Program-made: the position numbers and the translations under genes
The notes under the pieces: generated by a model
What the model was told of the DNA's origin: nothing
Database searches by the model: none
Seen by the model: the letters and a program-made list of their open reading frames with translations, nothing else
Origin: Blepharisma stoltei ATCC 30299
Taxonomy: Eukaryota; Protista; Ciliophora
NCBI GenBank assembly: GCA_965603825.1
Contig: CBFDEM010000005.1
Span: 434,001 to 498,000, forward strand
DNA: 64,000 nucleotides
Direction of reading: 5' to 3'
Part shown: positions 11,071 through 25,192 of the stretch, in pieces
How the letters are laid out: each line of letters starts with the position of its first letter
Numbering within the stretch: the first letter of the stretch is position 1

Positions 11071-14000
11071 TTATGTTGTGCTCTTCTTTTTATGGAACAT
11101 GCTTTTAAGTCTTGATTTCTTTTCTGGAGATTTTAAGCATTTTCTTTTCTCATTAAGCAGCATAACTTCGTCTCTCTTTAAATTCATCATGCTGCAAATA
11201 ACCCCTATTACTGTTTCAGCCTCAGGTCTTTGTGGTCCAATCATTTCTAGCATATTTAATATCATAACTTTTAGCTGCTCTACAGGAATGTCCTCGCCTT
11301 TCATAGAAGGACTTCTCGGCTGCCCTTGTGCAATCTTTAGTTGCTCTTTAAGCAGCAAAACCTGCTGATCTTGCATTTTTCTGATATTTTCTATGTCATC
11401 TAATTCATCACGTAGTTTCTTATTTAAATTCGCGTAATGTGTGGTGGCTTCTTCGACTGAATAAAACATGGAACCAATTTCAGATTGAGATCTCTCAGTA
11501 TTTGATCGTGATGGAGATTCTATAAGTGAAGGCCCTCGAGATAAGTCTATAACGTCTATATCATGAGAACCTACATCAGCGAGTCTGACTGGGTGAGCCA
11601 TTTCTGGACGCTTTTTAATTTCCCGCTCTAAAACATCTTCAAAGTCGACTGAAGACTGATGCTCTTTATAGCGAGAAGACAAGAGACGAACAGCTTCTAA
11701 GCAGCCCATATCTTTTAAGTCAGCTGGCAATGTATTTTCGATCTCTTTCATAAGATCTTTGGGTGAAAAGGTGCCATCAATTTTGTAATATGAAGCTAGC
11801 TCGTGGACTGCTTGAGCTATAGGAATTCGACGAAGGACTTCTGGGATTTCTTCGGATATTTCATCGATAATATCACGGTACTCCGATAATTCGTTATCAG
11901 TAAGTTTTATATTCATTTCGTCTTTATTTTTTGTTTCTTCAAAAGATTTTCCAGTTGCCTGAGGATCTTGAGATGCTAATATTCGTTTTAAGTCTGATAA
12001 TTGTTGTCTTAACACTAATTGAGTTTTAGCTTCATCATCTAAGGTTTCTTGAAGATGCTCATTAGCAACATTTAAATCTTGGATTTTGGCTTCGAGTGAC
12101 TTTTGGGCTACTCTGGATTTTTCAGAGATATCTCTCGCTTCTTTTTCAAGACTTTCTATATTTTTCTGTAAATTTTCATTATAAATCTTTAAGTTATCTC
12201 TTTCTTGCTCAATTTCTCCATAATCTATAGATTTTTCTTCAATTGCAGCAATCTTGCTATCTAGCTCTTCTTTTAATTCAGCATTAATTTTGACGAGTTT
12301 AGAGTTTTCTTCTGCTAATTTTGAAGATTTTTCTTCAGACTCTAATGATCCAATTTTTTCATTTTCTTGTTTAAGTAACTCTATTGTCGCTTTGAGATTT
12401 TTCACATAAATTTCATATTGTTGGTTTTCGATGTTAAATCTATCGTTTTCTAAGTTAAGTTGAGTCGTTATATTGTTCATTTCCATAAAATCATTGCCGA
12501 TTCTTTCGATTTCTTCTTCTTTTGCTGCAAGTTCATGCTTCAGAGAGACAACTTGCTTATTTAGCTTTTCGATTTCTATGGTTGAATATTTCAAATTATT
12601 GTCCATCTCTGCGATTATTGTATTCTTTTCTTGGTTTTCTTTGGAAATCTTCTTAAATTCTTCTTCAAGATCTGAGTAATTATTTCCAGATAAACTAGAT
12701 TGTTCTTGAATTATTTTTATTTTTGTTTCAAATTCTGAAATTTGTCCTAGCATCTCTGTTTCACTTTTACTGTATCTTTGAGAGCATTCTTCAATCTTTA
12801 ATTTTAGTTCATGGATTTCAAGCTCTTTTGATTCTAATTTTTGGTTAAGCTCTTCCTCTTTCTCATAATTTTTATCTTTCTCATTTTTCAAGCTATCAAT
12901 TTCATCAGAAAGTTCTTGAATCACTTCTTCTTTAACATCAACGTCATTTTGTAACATTTTTTGGGCTCTTTCTTTCTCTTCCACTTTTTTATTTAACTCT
13001 TCAATTTCTTCTTTGTTGTTTTTAAGGATTTCTTCATAGCTTTCAACTGATTTTTTTCTATATGAAACATACAATTCATTGATTTCTTCACTTAATTTTT
13101 GTGACTCTTCTTTAAGACTTTTAATTTCTTCATCTTTTTGAGATTTAATCAAATCTTTGTCCATTTTCATCCTAGCAACTAACTCATTTTTTTCGCTTTC
13201 TGCTTTGGCTCTTAGGGTATCTGAATTGCTTTTTTGTTCTTCTAGCTCAATATTTAGCTTTTCTATAGTTTCATTAAGTTCAGAAAGTAGAATTTTGTGA
13301 TTTTCAATGATTTCTTTTGTGCTTTCTAACTGAATTTCAAGATTCTCCTTGTCATTTCTTAAATTATTATTTTCTTCAGTAAGGATTCCAATTGACTTAT
13401 TAGAGCTTGACAGTGTAGTTACAAGATGATTTGAGTCATTTAGCTTGTTTTCAAGCATTTTGATCTCATGGTCTTTAGATGAGATTGTACTATGTGAGAG
13501 CCTAAGTTGTGACTCCAATTCAGCCTCTTTTTGATTATGACTATCAATTAAATCTTTTATATCATTTTGGTACTGAGAAATCTGGAGGGTAATTTTGTCG
13601 TTTAAAATCAAGATGGTCGAATTTTCTTCTGATTTTTCTGAAAGACTATTACTGAGCTCTGAGTTTTTCTCTTTAAGTGATTTTATTTCTGCAATGTAAT
13701 TAAGAGTGGCTTGATTTAAAAATTCATTTTGGTTGGTTAAGCTTTCATTTTCTAAGGTTTTTTCATGGATCTCTTGATTTAAAGATTCAACATTTTCTAT
13801 AAGTGATGTGATTTGAGTATCTTTTTCTGATTTTTCTTTATCGGCAGACTCGAAGGCTTCTTTATACTTATCAATATCATTCGAGAATTCGATAATTTGA
13901 TTCTCCTTATCATTGATAATATCAAAAAGTTTTGTAATTTCTTGATCCTTTAAGGAAAGTGATAATTCTAAGCCAGTATTTTTTTCTTTCATTATAGCTA

Positions 14001-17000
14001 GTTCATAGTCTTTTTCTTTTACAGCTGCTTCTAAATCTTCCAGCTTTTCTGAATACTTTGTTGAGTCTGCATCAATTTCACTGAGCTGAATTTCAAGCTC
14101 TTTAATTCTACTTTCAAGCTTTGCATTTTCATTTATTTTTTCTTTAATTTTCTCTTCCAGCTCATTTTTCTTCTCTTCTAATAGAGACTTTGATTCTATA
14201 ATAGTATTAATTTCTATCTTATTTTTTTCAATAAGATCTATGCTTTCAATCTTATTTTTGTCTAATTGAGCTTTCAAATCTTTAATTTCTTTTTCATTTG
14301 TTATGATATTTTCTTCAAGATTCTGAATCTGGTCATCTCTTTTGCTGATAAGAGATTTTAGACCTTCTATATCATCTAGTAAATTATTATTTTCGTTTTC
14401 CTTTTCATCTAAACTTGTCTTCAAAGTCAAAATCTCTTTTTTACTTTCTCCAACCTCTTTTACTAAATTTTCAATCGTTTGGCTTAGCTCGATTTTATCT
14501 TTGCTATTTTTATTGCTTTCTGTTTCATAAACTTTAATTTTTTGAGCCAAATCGTTTTTCTCTGTCACTATATTTTCTACTTCCTTTTCTAAATTTTTAA
14601 TTGTTTCTGCCAAATAAATATTTTCTTTCATTTTCTCTTCCAATTTTTGTTCTAAATCCTGATTTCTTGTTAGTAAATTATTTTGATTTTCATCTTCTTC
14701 TTTTATTTTTTCCTGCAATTTTTTTTCTAAATCCTGAATTTTTACAAGCAAATCATTTTGATTTTCGTTTTTTTCATTTATTTTCTTTTGCAATTCTTGT
14801 TCTAAATCCTGAATTCTTGTAAGTAAATTATTTTGACTTTCACTTTTGCCATTAATTTGCGATTCCAATATTATAACATAATCTGCCAATTTATTCTTCT
14901 CATCGTCTTTTAATAAATTTTCTTCTTTCAAAGAATTTATTTTGTCATTTAAGACATCAATTTTTCCTTTATTTTCTGAGTTTTCATTTTCTAATTCTAA
15001 AATATACTTAGTAAGTCGATCTCTTTCACTTTCATTTTCTGATATTTGAAGCTCTAAATCTTTTACTAGCTTATTGACCTCATTTTCTTTTTCTAAAGTG
15101 CTTTGTCCTAAACTGCTCAATTCATTATCGAGTATTTCAATTTGTGCATTTTTTTCTATAATTGATTTTTCCAAAGATTGAACTTTTTCAGTATAAATAT
15201 TCAGGGTTTCTTGATTCTCTTGTTTTAATTGATTAATCTCATCAAGATGAGAACTCTCTAGTGATTTTATTTTTTCACTAAAATTAAGAGAATCATTTTG
15301 TCTGTCATCTTCTAAACTCTTGATATTTTTTAAATATTTCTCTTCTTTATTCTTTAAAGCTTCTGCTTTTTCATGTTCATCCTGAAGATTATTTTTTAGC
15401 TCTTTTATGCTCTCTCTGCATTTGCTGATTTCCTTATCTTTTTTCTCAATATTTTCTTTCAACTCATCTATTTCACAATTAAATGTTTCTATTTCTTTCT
15501 TAATTTCATTATCTTTCTCAATAATATTTTGTTTTAATTCATTTATATGCACAATATTTTCTTCGATTTCTTTGTCTTTCTTTTCTATTTCGCCCTCCAA
15601 ACCTATTATTTGCTCAAGATATTTATCTATTACACTGTCTTTTTCTTGAGATTCTTTTGCTCTTGTCACAATATCATCGTAATCTTTTTTTAATTTTTCT
15701 AATTTATTGCAAAGCCTTTCGTTCTGACTTAAAGCTTGCTCTAATTCATTTGCCTTATGGGCTAAATTGTTTTCTTTTTCCTGAATTAAATTTTCCAAGT
15801 TTTTGATTTTTCCTTTTTCTTTCTTTAAGTCTGCTTCTATTTTTTCTTTTTCTGTTTCAATATTGATAATAATTTCTTCAAATCGGCGTTTTTGAACCTC
15901 AAATTCAGCTGAATCTTTTTCCCTTCCTAGATTGGCAATTTGTATCGCTTGAGTTAAAGAAAGAATCTCTTTATCTTTTTCGGCAATAATTTCATTATTT
16001 TTTTCTTTTGCTGAGTTAGCTTCATCTAAGCTGTTTTGAATTTCTTTAATCTTGTCTTCATTTTCTTCGCTCAGCATTTTATAATGCCTTACACTATTTG
16101 CAAGTCTATGTTATGATTACTTTTCTTTTTCTTCCAATAAATCTTCACAGAGTTGATTTAAAGTTGTTTCTTTTGTTGCATACTCTTTTTCTTTTTTATC
16201 TGATGTTTCTTTAAGAAGATTAAGTTTTGCATCGTTCTCTTCAGTAAGCTTTTTGATTTCACTGCTATTCTGATTAAGTCTATATAAATTTTACTGGTTT
16301 CTAATAAATTCATTCTCATTTTGCTTTTCAATAAATTTCTTCTCCATCATTTTGAGTTCAAATTTCAAATTGTCAATCTCTAGCTGCACTTCTTTTTGCT
16401 TTTTTAGTGAGCTTTGTTTTGCTTCATTAAGTTCTTTGACAGTTTCTTCTAATCTAATTTTATTTTCATTTAATAATGATTGGTAATTTTCTGATCCTTT
16501 TAATGTCGAGTCAATCCATTGCTTTTGAGATTCATTCAAGTTATTCAACTGATCTATTTCGAGCAACAAGTCATCCTTTTCGCCTTGAGCTGCCTTACAA
16601 AGCTCATTTAGTTCAATGATTTTTCTTTCATAAAGATCAATTTTTTGTTCTTGATCCTTTTGAAGAGTATTTAGCTCTAAACTTTTATCTTCAAGCTCCT
16701 TTGATTTTTTCTTTAGATTATCCTGAAGATTTTTGATAATTTCTTCAAGTTGCATCTCTTTTTTCTTTGAATTTTCTATCCTTATTTCATAATCTTGCGC
16801 TTCATCATTAAATTGGTCTTCGATTTGGCTCTTTTCTTCTTGAAGAATATTAATTTTTTCTGATAATTCAGCATTTTCTATCATAAGCTTTCCATAACCC
16901 TCTTTCAAAGCAATCTTTTCACTGTTTGAATTAATTAGATCTTCATTTACATTTTCAATAATTTTTTTAAGTGAATAATTTTCATCCTTCAATATATCAA

Positions 17001-19932
17001 GCTCTGCAGCAAGTCTGTCATTTATATCATCCAATTCCACAACTTTTTCTTCCATAGAATTTAATGATTTTTTGTATTCCTCTACTCTTTCTTTCAAGGA
17101 TTTAATTTCTTCTTCTTTTCTCTTAATGCCATTTTTTAAATCATCAAGCAGGCTTTTTTCTTCATTTTGTTGTTGATCATTGAATTGCAGATTTTTCAGC
17201 TGATTCTGAATCTCCTTATTGAGATCTGCAATTTCGCCATCTTTTGCTTTGATTATATCTTTATACCTGTTTATCTCGTTTAAGTTGGATTGCTCTTTTT
17301 CATTTAAAACATCTTCTAATTTCTTTAGCTCTAGTTTAAGAAATGCAATATTGTCATCTTTCTCAGTTACTGAGTTATCTATATCTCCTAGTTGCCTTTC
17401 TAAATCTTCAATTATAATATTGTCATTTTTATTTTCTTCTTTTAGAGCCAGGTTTTCCTTGCTTATTTTTTCTATTTCTTTTTGAAGACCTTCAATTAGT
17501 TTAGCTTGAGCTTTTAAGCCATCTGATTGAATTTGTGAATTTTTGATTTTTTCCTCTTTTAGTGAAGAATACTTTCCAATTTCATCAGCTAAATTTTCAT
17601 TTTCTGATTTTAATCTATTTATTTTTTCTTTCAGTTCATTAATCAAGAATCCTTTGTTTTCTTCTTCATCAGTAAGGATTTTATTTTCATATTGAATTTC
17701 TTGGAGTTTACCGTTTAATTCCTCAATTTCTTTATCCAACCCTACTATCTTTTCATTTAGCTCTTTAATTTGGCTCTCATGCATCTTTTTTATTTGTTTT
17801 TCAAGTTTTTCTTTATCTTTAAGCGACTCAGAAAGACTAATAATTTGGTTTTCCAAAGATTTTATCTGGTCTTTATGGACTTTTTCAGCTTTTGGGTCGA
17901 TTAATTTTTGTGGAGAGTTTTTTTCTATTTTTTGTCTGCTTTCTGATTCTTGTTTTAAGCCTTTTCGTAATTTGTCAAGTAAAATGTCTTTTTGCTTTAT
18001 TTGATTTTTTAATATTTGCTGCTCTTCAATATGAGTTTCTACTTCTTGCTTTAGGTTTTCTGATTTGGATAATTCTTCATTATACAATTGACTTAAATCT
18101 TCAATTCTTGCATTTGCTTCATTAAGTTCCTTGATTTTTTGGTCTAACTCTTTTTTGAACTTATCAGAGCCTAATCGAAGCTGAGGCATCATTTCATTTT
18201 TTTCTTTTTCCATTACCTTGATGATCGATCTCAATTCCTGATTTCTTACTTCTTTTTCTTTGCTATCCTCTTCCGCTTTCTTCAAGATTTCTTCAAATTG
18301 CTCAGCTTTATCACTAATATCTTTCAAAGCTTCATTTAAATCGCCATTTTCCTTTTCAAATTTTTCTTTTTCGCTACTGATTTCATTTATTTTTTCTTCC
18401 AAGCTTTCAATTTCTTTATTTTTATCTTCCAAAATTTTTGATAAAGAAAGTATTTCTTCATTCAATTTTTCGATATTCTCATAGTCATTATCAGCATTTT
18501 TCCTTCCTCCTCTGACCTTTTCTCTGCTTTCTTTACGAATCGCTGTGCTTTTCTTTCCACTGGAGTGCTCTTTTTGGTATACTTCTCGTAGCCCTTCATA
18601 CTCATTTTTTAGATCTTCAAAGTCTTCGCATTTTTTATTGTACTGTTCACTGAGATTTTCAAAATTTTGCTGAAATTCCTCTTTCATAGATTCGTTTTGT
18701 TCTAATTGTTGATTGAACTTTTGGCCTAATTCTTGATACTCTTTTAGAAGCTTTGACATGTCTTCTTTTAAGCTGAAATTTTCACGTTTAAGCGCTCTGG
18801 ATTCTTCCTTTAGCTTGAGATCACTATCCTTAATATCAATTGTCCAGCCAGTCTTAGTGGTTCTTGAAAATCTATCATTTCCTTTATAATTTTCAATAAT
18901 TTCTTCTAGTTTTCTCTTTTCAGATGCATGCTCATCTTTTAATCTTTGAATAGCTTTTTCATAGGTAGATGGATATTGTGCAAACTTGGTTTTCCATTCC
19001 TGTAAAGCATCACGCTCTTTTATAATAGAATTTAATTTTTCTAGCAAGGAATGATCAGATGATTCTGGAGATCTTTCATTAGAAGAGGCTGGTCGAGTTA
19101 AAACTTTTTTTTCAAGATCATGGATTCTTTGCTTTAAAGCCTGACATTCAGTTTTTATTGTATTGATCTGAAATTCTTTATTCTGGATATAAGCAATTTT
19201 TTCACTTAGCTCGTCTTGTAAGGAAACAATAACTTCATTAGCTCTTTTCAATTCTTTTCTTAACAAACTTGTTTCATTCCCAGGAGAATATTCATTTTCT
19301 CCATCCCTAAGCATTTGTTTTAGCCTTCCTATATATTCGTCAGCTTTTTTAAGATTTTCCTTTAGTTCTCTATTTTCAATCAAAATATCTTCATCTTTTG
19401 ATTTTTTTGGCGAAAATTCTCGATTTTTGAACATTTGGCTTCAAATTTGGTTATTTAAGTTCGCAAAAACTTCTCATAGTTTAGCCTTCAGGTTAATTTC
19501 ATCGGTTCTTCTAGCGTCTTTTAGTATGATAAGAGTTTTGGCTTGAGCGTCCGCAAGCATCTCTGAAATAATTGAAAAATCTTTGGCAGACGCTGATTTA
19601 TTCTCGGCGGTTGGGCTTGATAAAATTTCTTGGTCTAGTTTGTGCTTTTCTTCGTTTAGATCCTGAACAATTTCTTTTCAAGCTCTTGAATGGGTTAGAG
19701 AAGGATTCATTTCTTCGCTGTATGAAGTGAGAGCTAAATAGGAATTACACATGATTTTGTGAACAACTTTTTGTAGTCGAGATTGGACTTGGCTTGATTT
19801 CGTGTCTTCAAGGTGCTTTGAAGCTGAAGAAGGCCTTGGATGAAGCCTAGAATAATTGAAGAATCGATTAGTATCATGAGAGGGAGGATCTCTGGAGTAA
19901 GATCTTATGGGTTGAGTTGAAGTCATTTTCAT
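11071..19932 (-). CDS. Giant coiled-coil golgin-like protein, ~2943 aa, C-terminal GRIP/GRAB-like segment; two 15-nt introns
   Basis: ORFs 19678-19932, 16291-19434 and 11071-16077 join in frame via TGA codons and introns 16280-16294 and 16106-16120. C-terminal EQLKVMILNMLE...VIGVICSMMNLKRDEV. Confidence 0.8.
14625..14845 (-). repeat. Three ~75-bp (25-aa) coding tandem repeats
   Basis: E(S/N)QN(N/D)LL(TR/VK)(I/N)QDLE(Q/K) recurs at 75-bp spacing. Confidence 0.85.
16106..16120 (-). other. 15-nt spliceosomal intron GTAATCATAACATAG
   Basis: Removal deletes in-frame TAA codons and restores the ORF. Confidence 0.85.
16280..16294 (-). other. 15-nt spliceosomal intron GTAAAATTTATATAG
   Basis: Removal deletes an in-frame TAA and restores the ORF. 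Confidence 0.85.
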
Positions 19933-21445
19933 TATTAGATATTGAATATATTTTTTGATAAGAAAATGAAATAAATATCTACTTGAAAAACAAAAATTTT
20001 ACTAATCGGCACAAAATAAATTCAAAAGCCACTGCTTATTTTTTCAAAGCTTTAAGGGCCTATGCATTAATTTAAGTCTTTTCCAAATTTATGTAAAGTA
20101 TCAGCTAGCCTTAATAAATTTAAAGATAAATAATTATCTCTCGGATATTTATTTTATAATAAAAAATTCAAAGCTTTGTGATTCTATATCACTTAGATAT
20201 ATATAAACGAAAAGCTATTTGAGAAGAAAGCATGTTCATTGTTTTTCTGTCAGTAATGAGCTTGAACTTTAAGTGAATCGTAATCCTAAACATGAAATAA
20301 ACGATTTATGAATAAAGAATTCAAGAACAAGAGATTGATATAAATAAAAATCCTAACTTTAAGCTTGAAAGATTTAAAGACTGAAGAATACTTTAAAAGC
20401 AGATATGAAATTAATATTATGCCAATTAAAAAAATCGATTTTCTGAAAAGCTGCTAAAAAGAGAACACTATTAGCAAAATATTCAAATAATGAGGGATCA
20501 GAAATAAATAATAACAGCCCTGAAGTTACAGCAAAGGAGAATTTTTCTTCTTGAGTTTTTGATCTAAAATTACAGAATAACCCTGACAGAGAAAATGCAA
20601 CTGAAGAATCTGAGAAAATCGTATCCGATTAGCCAAATAACATTTAAATCTGAAGTTCTCAAAATTTTTTCAAGAAATAAGAGTTCAAATGATCTCATTT
20701 AGCTATATGAACAAATCATTAAATTTAGATAAGAAACTATCTCTAACTGAATGTGCTGATATTATTGTGCGACAAGTTGGGAGATGAGGGTTAGCTGCCA
20801 AATTTGCAAAATTAATTCTCATGCTCATTCTTTATCTTAAGATATGAAACCATAATTTTTATGCTTTCTCAGTTTTTCAATAGGAATAATTTTCACACTC
20901 TAATTAACTGAATGAATTGCCTTTTTTTCTATTTAAAATATAAAATCATTTCATGCAAATTAAATTGAATCAGCTATCAGCTATTTATGTTGCATCCAAA
21001 ATATTAAATCACTTATTTTAGGACTTATTGAAATAATATGGTGTGCGGCCAATATTTTGAGATGCAAAATCAAATTATTTTTGACTTACAGTTCTACTCC
21101 TACCGATTAAATTGATTATAAAAATTTGAAATTTCTTCAAAGATAAAATTCTTGCTATAAAGAAACTTCAAAAGTAGCTATATTTAATTTAATTGATAAG
21201 TATTGAAGATTAAGCAATTCTTTTTTCAATGACTGGCTTTCTTAGAAAAATATTCGAAGAATTAGTTAACGACTCTATGAATTTTTTAAGTTGGTATCAA
21301 TTTAGCTATAATTAATTTTTTTATTTATTTATAGACTTTTTGAAAGGACTAAAATTTCTTTATAATTGATCTTATTACTATTATAATAAAAATATCCACC
21401 ATACCAATCAGTTTCTTTTAATTAATAAATCTTTGTGTATTTAAT

Positions 21446-22603
21446 ATGTCATTCATCAATTTCCTTCAAGGCTATCAAGAAACAAACTTTCCCGCCCAAC
21501 TAAATGATGCAATTCAATATTATCTTAGCAATGGGGATTTCGAAGCGGCATCGAATGGACTTTGTCAACTAATTTCACTTAACGGCAGCAACCCAGTTGA
21601 TTGAACTAATCTAGGTCACTGCTACCTTATTATGCAAAAATTCGAAGAAAGCTTCAGAGCCTACTCTAATGCTCATCAACTATGGAACGATTCAGCTCCT
21701 GCTCAACTCTGGTATGGTTTAGGACTTCTTTGCTCCAAATGTAGACTTTTTGAAATAGCCGAGAAATACTTCGAAGCGACCCTTAGGACCGACCCCAATT
21801 TTGAGTATTCACCACAAGTATACTTAAAGCTGGGGATCATTAATAAAAATTCCAAACAATATCTTAAGGCAATTACTTACCTCAGAAATTGTCTTAACAT
21901 CCAGGACTTAAATAAAGATGAAACAATAGAAGTCTTATGTCAAATAGCAAGCTGCTTAGAAATCTCAAAGAAAAATGAAGCATTAGAACTATACAAAATT
22001 GCAAAAAATTTGCAAACAAACCTGAAAACAACGGTCTGCTTGGGCTGGGGACATTTTATTAATTGAGAGTACGATAAGGCAATTTTGTTATTTAATGAAG
22101 CTTTAAGCTTTATTGAAGATACAGAGAGCAAGGGGTATTGCGATATTTTGTATTTAAAAGCTCGTTGCTTGGCTGAAACTAAGTCGTTTCCTAGAGCACT
22201 TTCAATATTTAACGCAATCACTGGTAAATATCCTGAAGAACCAATATATAAAGTGTCCCTTGCAGTTGTATTCGCGGAGTTAAAGCAGTGCCAAAACGCT
22301 TTGAAATGTCTTTGTGATTGCTTGTCACTAAAGTACGATGAAGTCGATGTTTATGTAAATTTAGGGGTTATAAATGAGCTTATGTTTCAAAGAGACGAGG
22401 CTAAAAAATGGTATCAAAAAGCTATCGAAAAAAGTCCGACAAGTGGAACTGCAAACAACAGACTCAATTTATTAAATAAACAAAAAAATAGACCAAGGAA
22501 CATTCCTAATTTATATCAGCCAAGTATTGATATCACAGAATTTCCTTTTAGGCATTTTGAGATGAGCTTTATGGGGGAAATATTTGCTACCCAAAAAAAC
22601 TAA
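21446..22603 (+). CDS. Ssn6/Cyc8-like TPR protein, 385 aa (paralog 1)
   Basis: [TGA=W]TNLGHCYL...LWYGLGLL...DPNFEYSPQVYLKLGIINK resembles Cyc8/UTX TPRs. TGA21602 aligns with TGG in paralog 2. Confidence 0.85.
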
Positions 22604-23667
22604 AGGAATCAGATAAATGTCCATTTTGGATCAGTATGAGCCCTTTTTTTAATTATATAACATGGCCTTACAGATTTATAAATTGCTTAATGAATATTTT
22701 TTAAGATATCTTAAGAATGCAGCATTTGCTCTTAATTAAAATTGCATACTTATATAATTTATATTGAATTTTTTGTAAAAAATTCATAAGCTACTAAATT
22801 TTTCTACTTGGATAATTGAAAGCTTTTAATTCCTCCTTAAATCATTGAGTCCAAAGCGACTAAATTTTTTAGTCTTCATTATTAATTTTACGAAATTTTA
22901 ACGGCAGCATCAATCTAACTTATCTGACTCTTTTTACGCCCTCTTATTATCAAGAATCCAGGAAATATTTATCAAGCTTATATCTCAAGCAATAATTATT
23001 CATTTCTCCATGCTCATTAGCAATTTTCTTTCACAATCGAATTCTAAATAATCAAAAAAAATTATCAAGTTGTATAATTTGAAAAATCACGAGTGTAATT
23101 ACATTGGTGAAAGCTTTTAGAATTTTAACTTTATGTTTTAAAGAACAATATAAACAAAAATTACGATTTTGATTTACTAAGCAGATAAGAAAATACATTA
23201 TTTTAGATATAAATTCAATTAAATCTTAAATTCTACTTGAATCATCATTCGAGCAAAGCCATTTTGCATTGCATTTTCGAGTGATTAACATTAAATAAAA
23301 TCATTAATTATCACATTTTTCAGACGTAAAATTTAATTGTCGTCAGTTATATTTTATTTATATAAATTCGAATCTGAGTCTAAAAGAGAAGCATCTGACA
23401 AATTAAACACTATACTTTGAGTTACATAGCTAATCCTTGCGGATATAAATCAAACTTAAATAATTGATTAAAATTACTAGCCTTTCTTTATTCCATCTTA
23501 TTATAAACTCCTAAAGTCTGTGATTCTCTTTAAAACTAATAAACCTTAAAATTAAGAAAATATTCAGAATTCCAGAAAAATGGACGGCTGTGTTGACACT
23601 TTAAAATTATTATATTTCTTAACCAAATTCTGGTGAATGTTGTAGTGGATTATAAAATATTAAATAA

Positions 23668-24888
23668 ATGTCATATAGAGAACTTTTGCAAGGCTACGAA
23701 GGAGAATCAAGCCAACTTGATGACATTGCAGAAGCAATTGAATACCACCTTAGCGTAGGTGACTTTACAACTGCTTCTAATGTGCTTTGTCAATTAGTAG
23801 CGCTTGATAATTACAATGCAGTAGAGTGGACAAAGCTAGGCCATTGCTATCTTTTGTTAGAAAGATTGGACGAAAGCTTCCAAGCCTACACAAACGCCCA
23901 CTCAGTCTTGAAGGATTCTGCTCCAGCTCAACTTTGGTACGGACTTGGACTTCTTTGCTTCAAGTGTCGGCTTTTTGACATGGCTGAAAGGTATCTTGAA
24001 GCAGCCCTTAAGGCAGATCCAAAATTTGAGTATACATCACATATATACTTAAAGCTTGGGATTATAAATAAACGCTCCAAACAATACCTGAAAGCCATCA
24101 CTTATCTCAGAAACTGCCTTAACGCCAAGGATCTGGGATTAGAGAAGACAGTTGAGACCTTATGCCAGATTGCTAATTGTCTAGAAGTTTCAAGAAAGAT
24201 CTATGCAATTGAGCTGTATCAAGTTGCCAGGAGCTTGAAAGCTGACGTAAAGACTACTGCATGCTTGGGATGGGGATTTTTTGTAAATAAAGACTTTGAT
24301 AAAGCTATTTCAACATTCAACGAGGCTTTGAAATTAGCTGAAAATCCAGACTCCAAGCCTTACTGTGACATAATCTACCTGAAAGCCCGATGTTTAATGG
24401 AGACGAAATCTTTCCACAGAGCGCTTTCATTGCTTACATCCATTACATGTAAATATCCACAAGAACCTATATATAAAATGTCTCTCTCTGTTGTATATGT
24501 AGAGCTTGAACAATGCCAAAACGCTTTGTCATGCCTCTATAGCTGTCTAACCTTAAGGTATGATGAAACTGAAGTCTACATTAACTTGGGAATTGTCAAT
24601 GAGCTGATGTTCATAAGAGAAGACGCCATGACATGGTACCAAAAAGTAATTGACAAAGACCCGAATAATAATATTGCGGCACACAGATTGAAATTATTGA
24701 GCAAACATAAAAACAAGCCAAGAAATATTCCTGAGCCACTCCAGCCTAATATTGATATAACAGAATTTCCTTTCAGGAATGTTGAATGGACTTATCAACA
24801 AACTGTGTATCCTCAGAACTGGCTCAAAAGCAACATTATTCAAGAGACGTCTATTTTAGGTATTGCTGATAATGTATATACAAAGTAA
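23668..24888 (+). CDS. Ssn6/Cyc8-like TPR protein, 406 aa (paralog 2)
   Basis: WTKLGHCYL, LWYGLGLL, DPKFEYTSHIYLKLGIINK; collinear with paralog 1. Confidence 0.88.
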   Translation: MSYRELLQGYEGESSQLDDIAEAIEYHLSVGDFTTASNVLCQLVALDNYNAVEWTKLGHCYLLLERLDESFQAYTNAHSVLKDSAPAQLWYGLGLLCFKCRLFDMAERYLEAALKADPKFEYTSHIYLKLGIINKRSKQYLKAITYLRNCLNAKDLGLEKTVETLCQIANCLEVSRKIYAIELYQVARSLKADVKTTACLGWGFFVNKDFDKAISTFNEALKLAENPDSKPYCDIIYLKARCLMETKSFHRALSLLTSITCKYPQEPIYKMSLSVVYVELEQCQNALSCLYSCLTLRYDETEVYINLGIVNELMFIREDAMTWYQKVIDKDPNNNIAAHRLKLLSKHKNKPRNIPEPLQPNIDITEFPFRNVEWTYQQTVYPQNWLKSNIIQETSILGIADNVYTK

Positions 24889-25192
24889 TTTTAATGTAAT
24901 TAGATAGTGATTTCTTTAATTTTACAATTTCAAAATAAAAAAATTATTGATATTAAGTGTTTATTAAAAATAAGGCATGCAATTCTACGGTGAATAAGAT
25001 TTGCTGATAACAAGCTTATATTTATTTTAATGAATGTCTATGAAAGTTTATGAAGAGGACGCTGATCTATTTCCTACCACCATTAATGATAAGCATTTAC
25101 GAACAAAAAAATTCCATTTACTATAATAAAAGTATCAATATTTATAAATTAGTTAATTTAATAATTTCCCCTTAATTACAAAAATTATGATT

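Noticed and set aside
20200-20640. Coding-like patch with a 75-aa ORF (20405-20632)
   Set aside because: Short, no recognisable motif, stops in neighbouring frames; at most a decayed gene.
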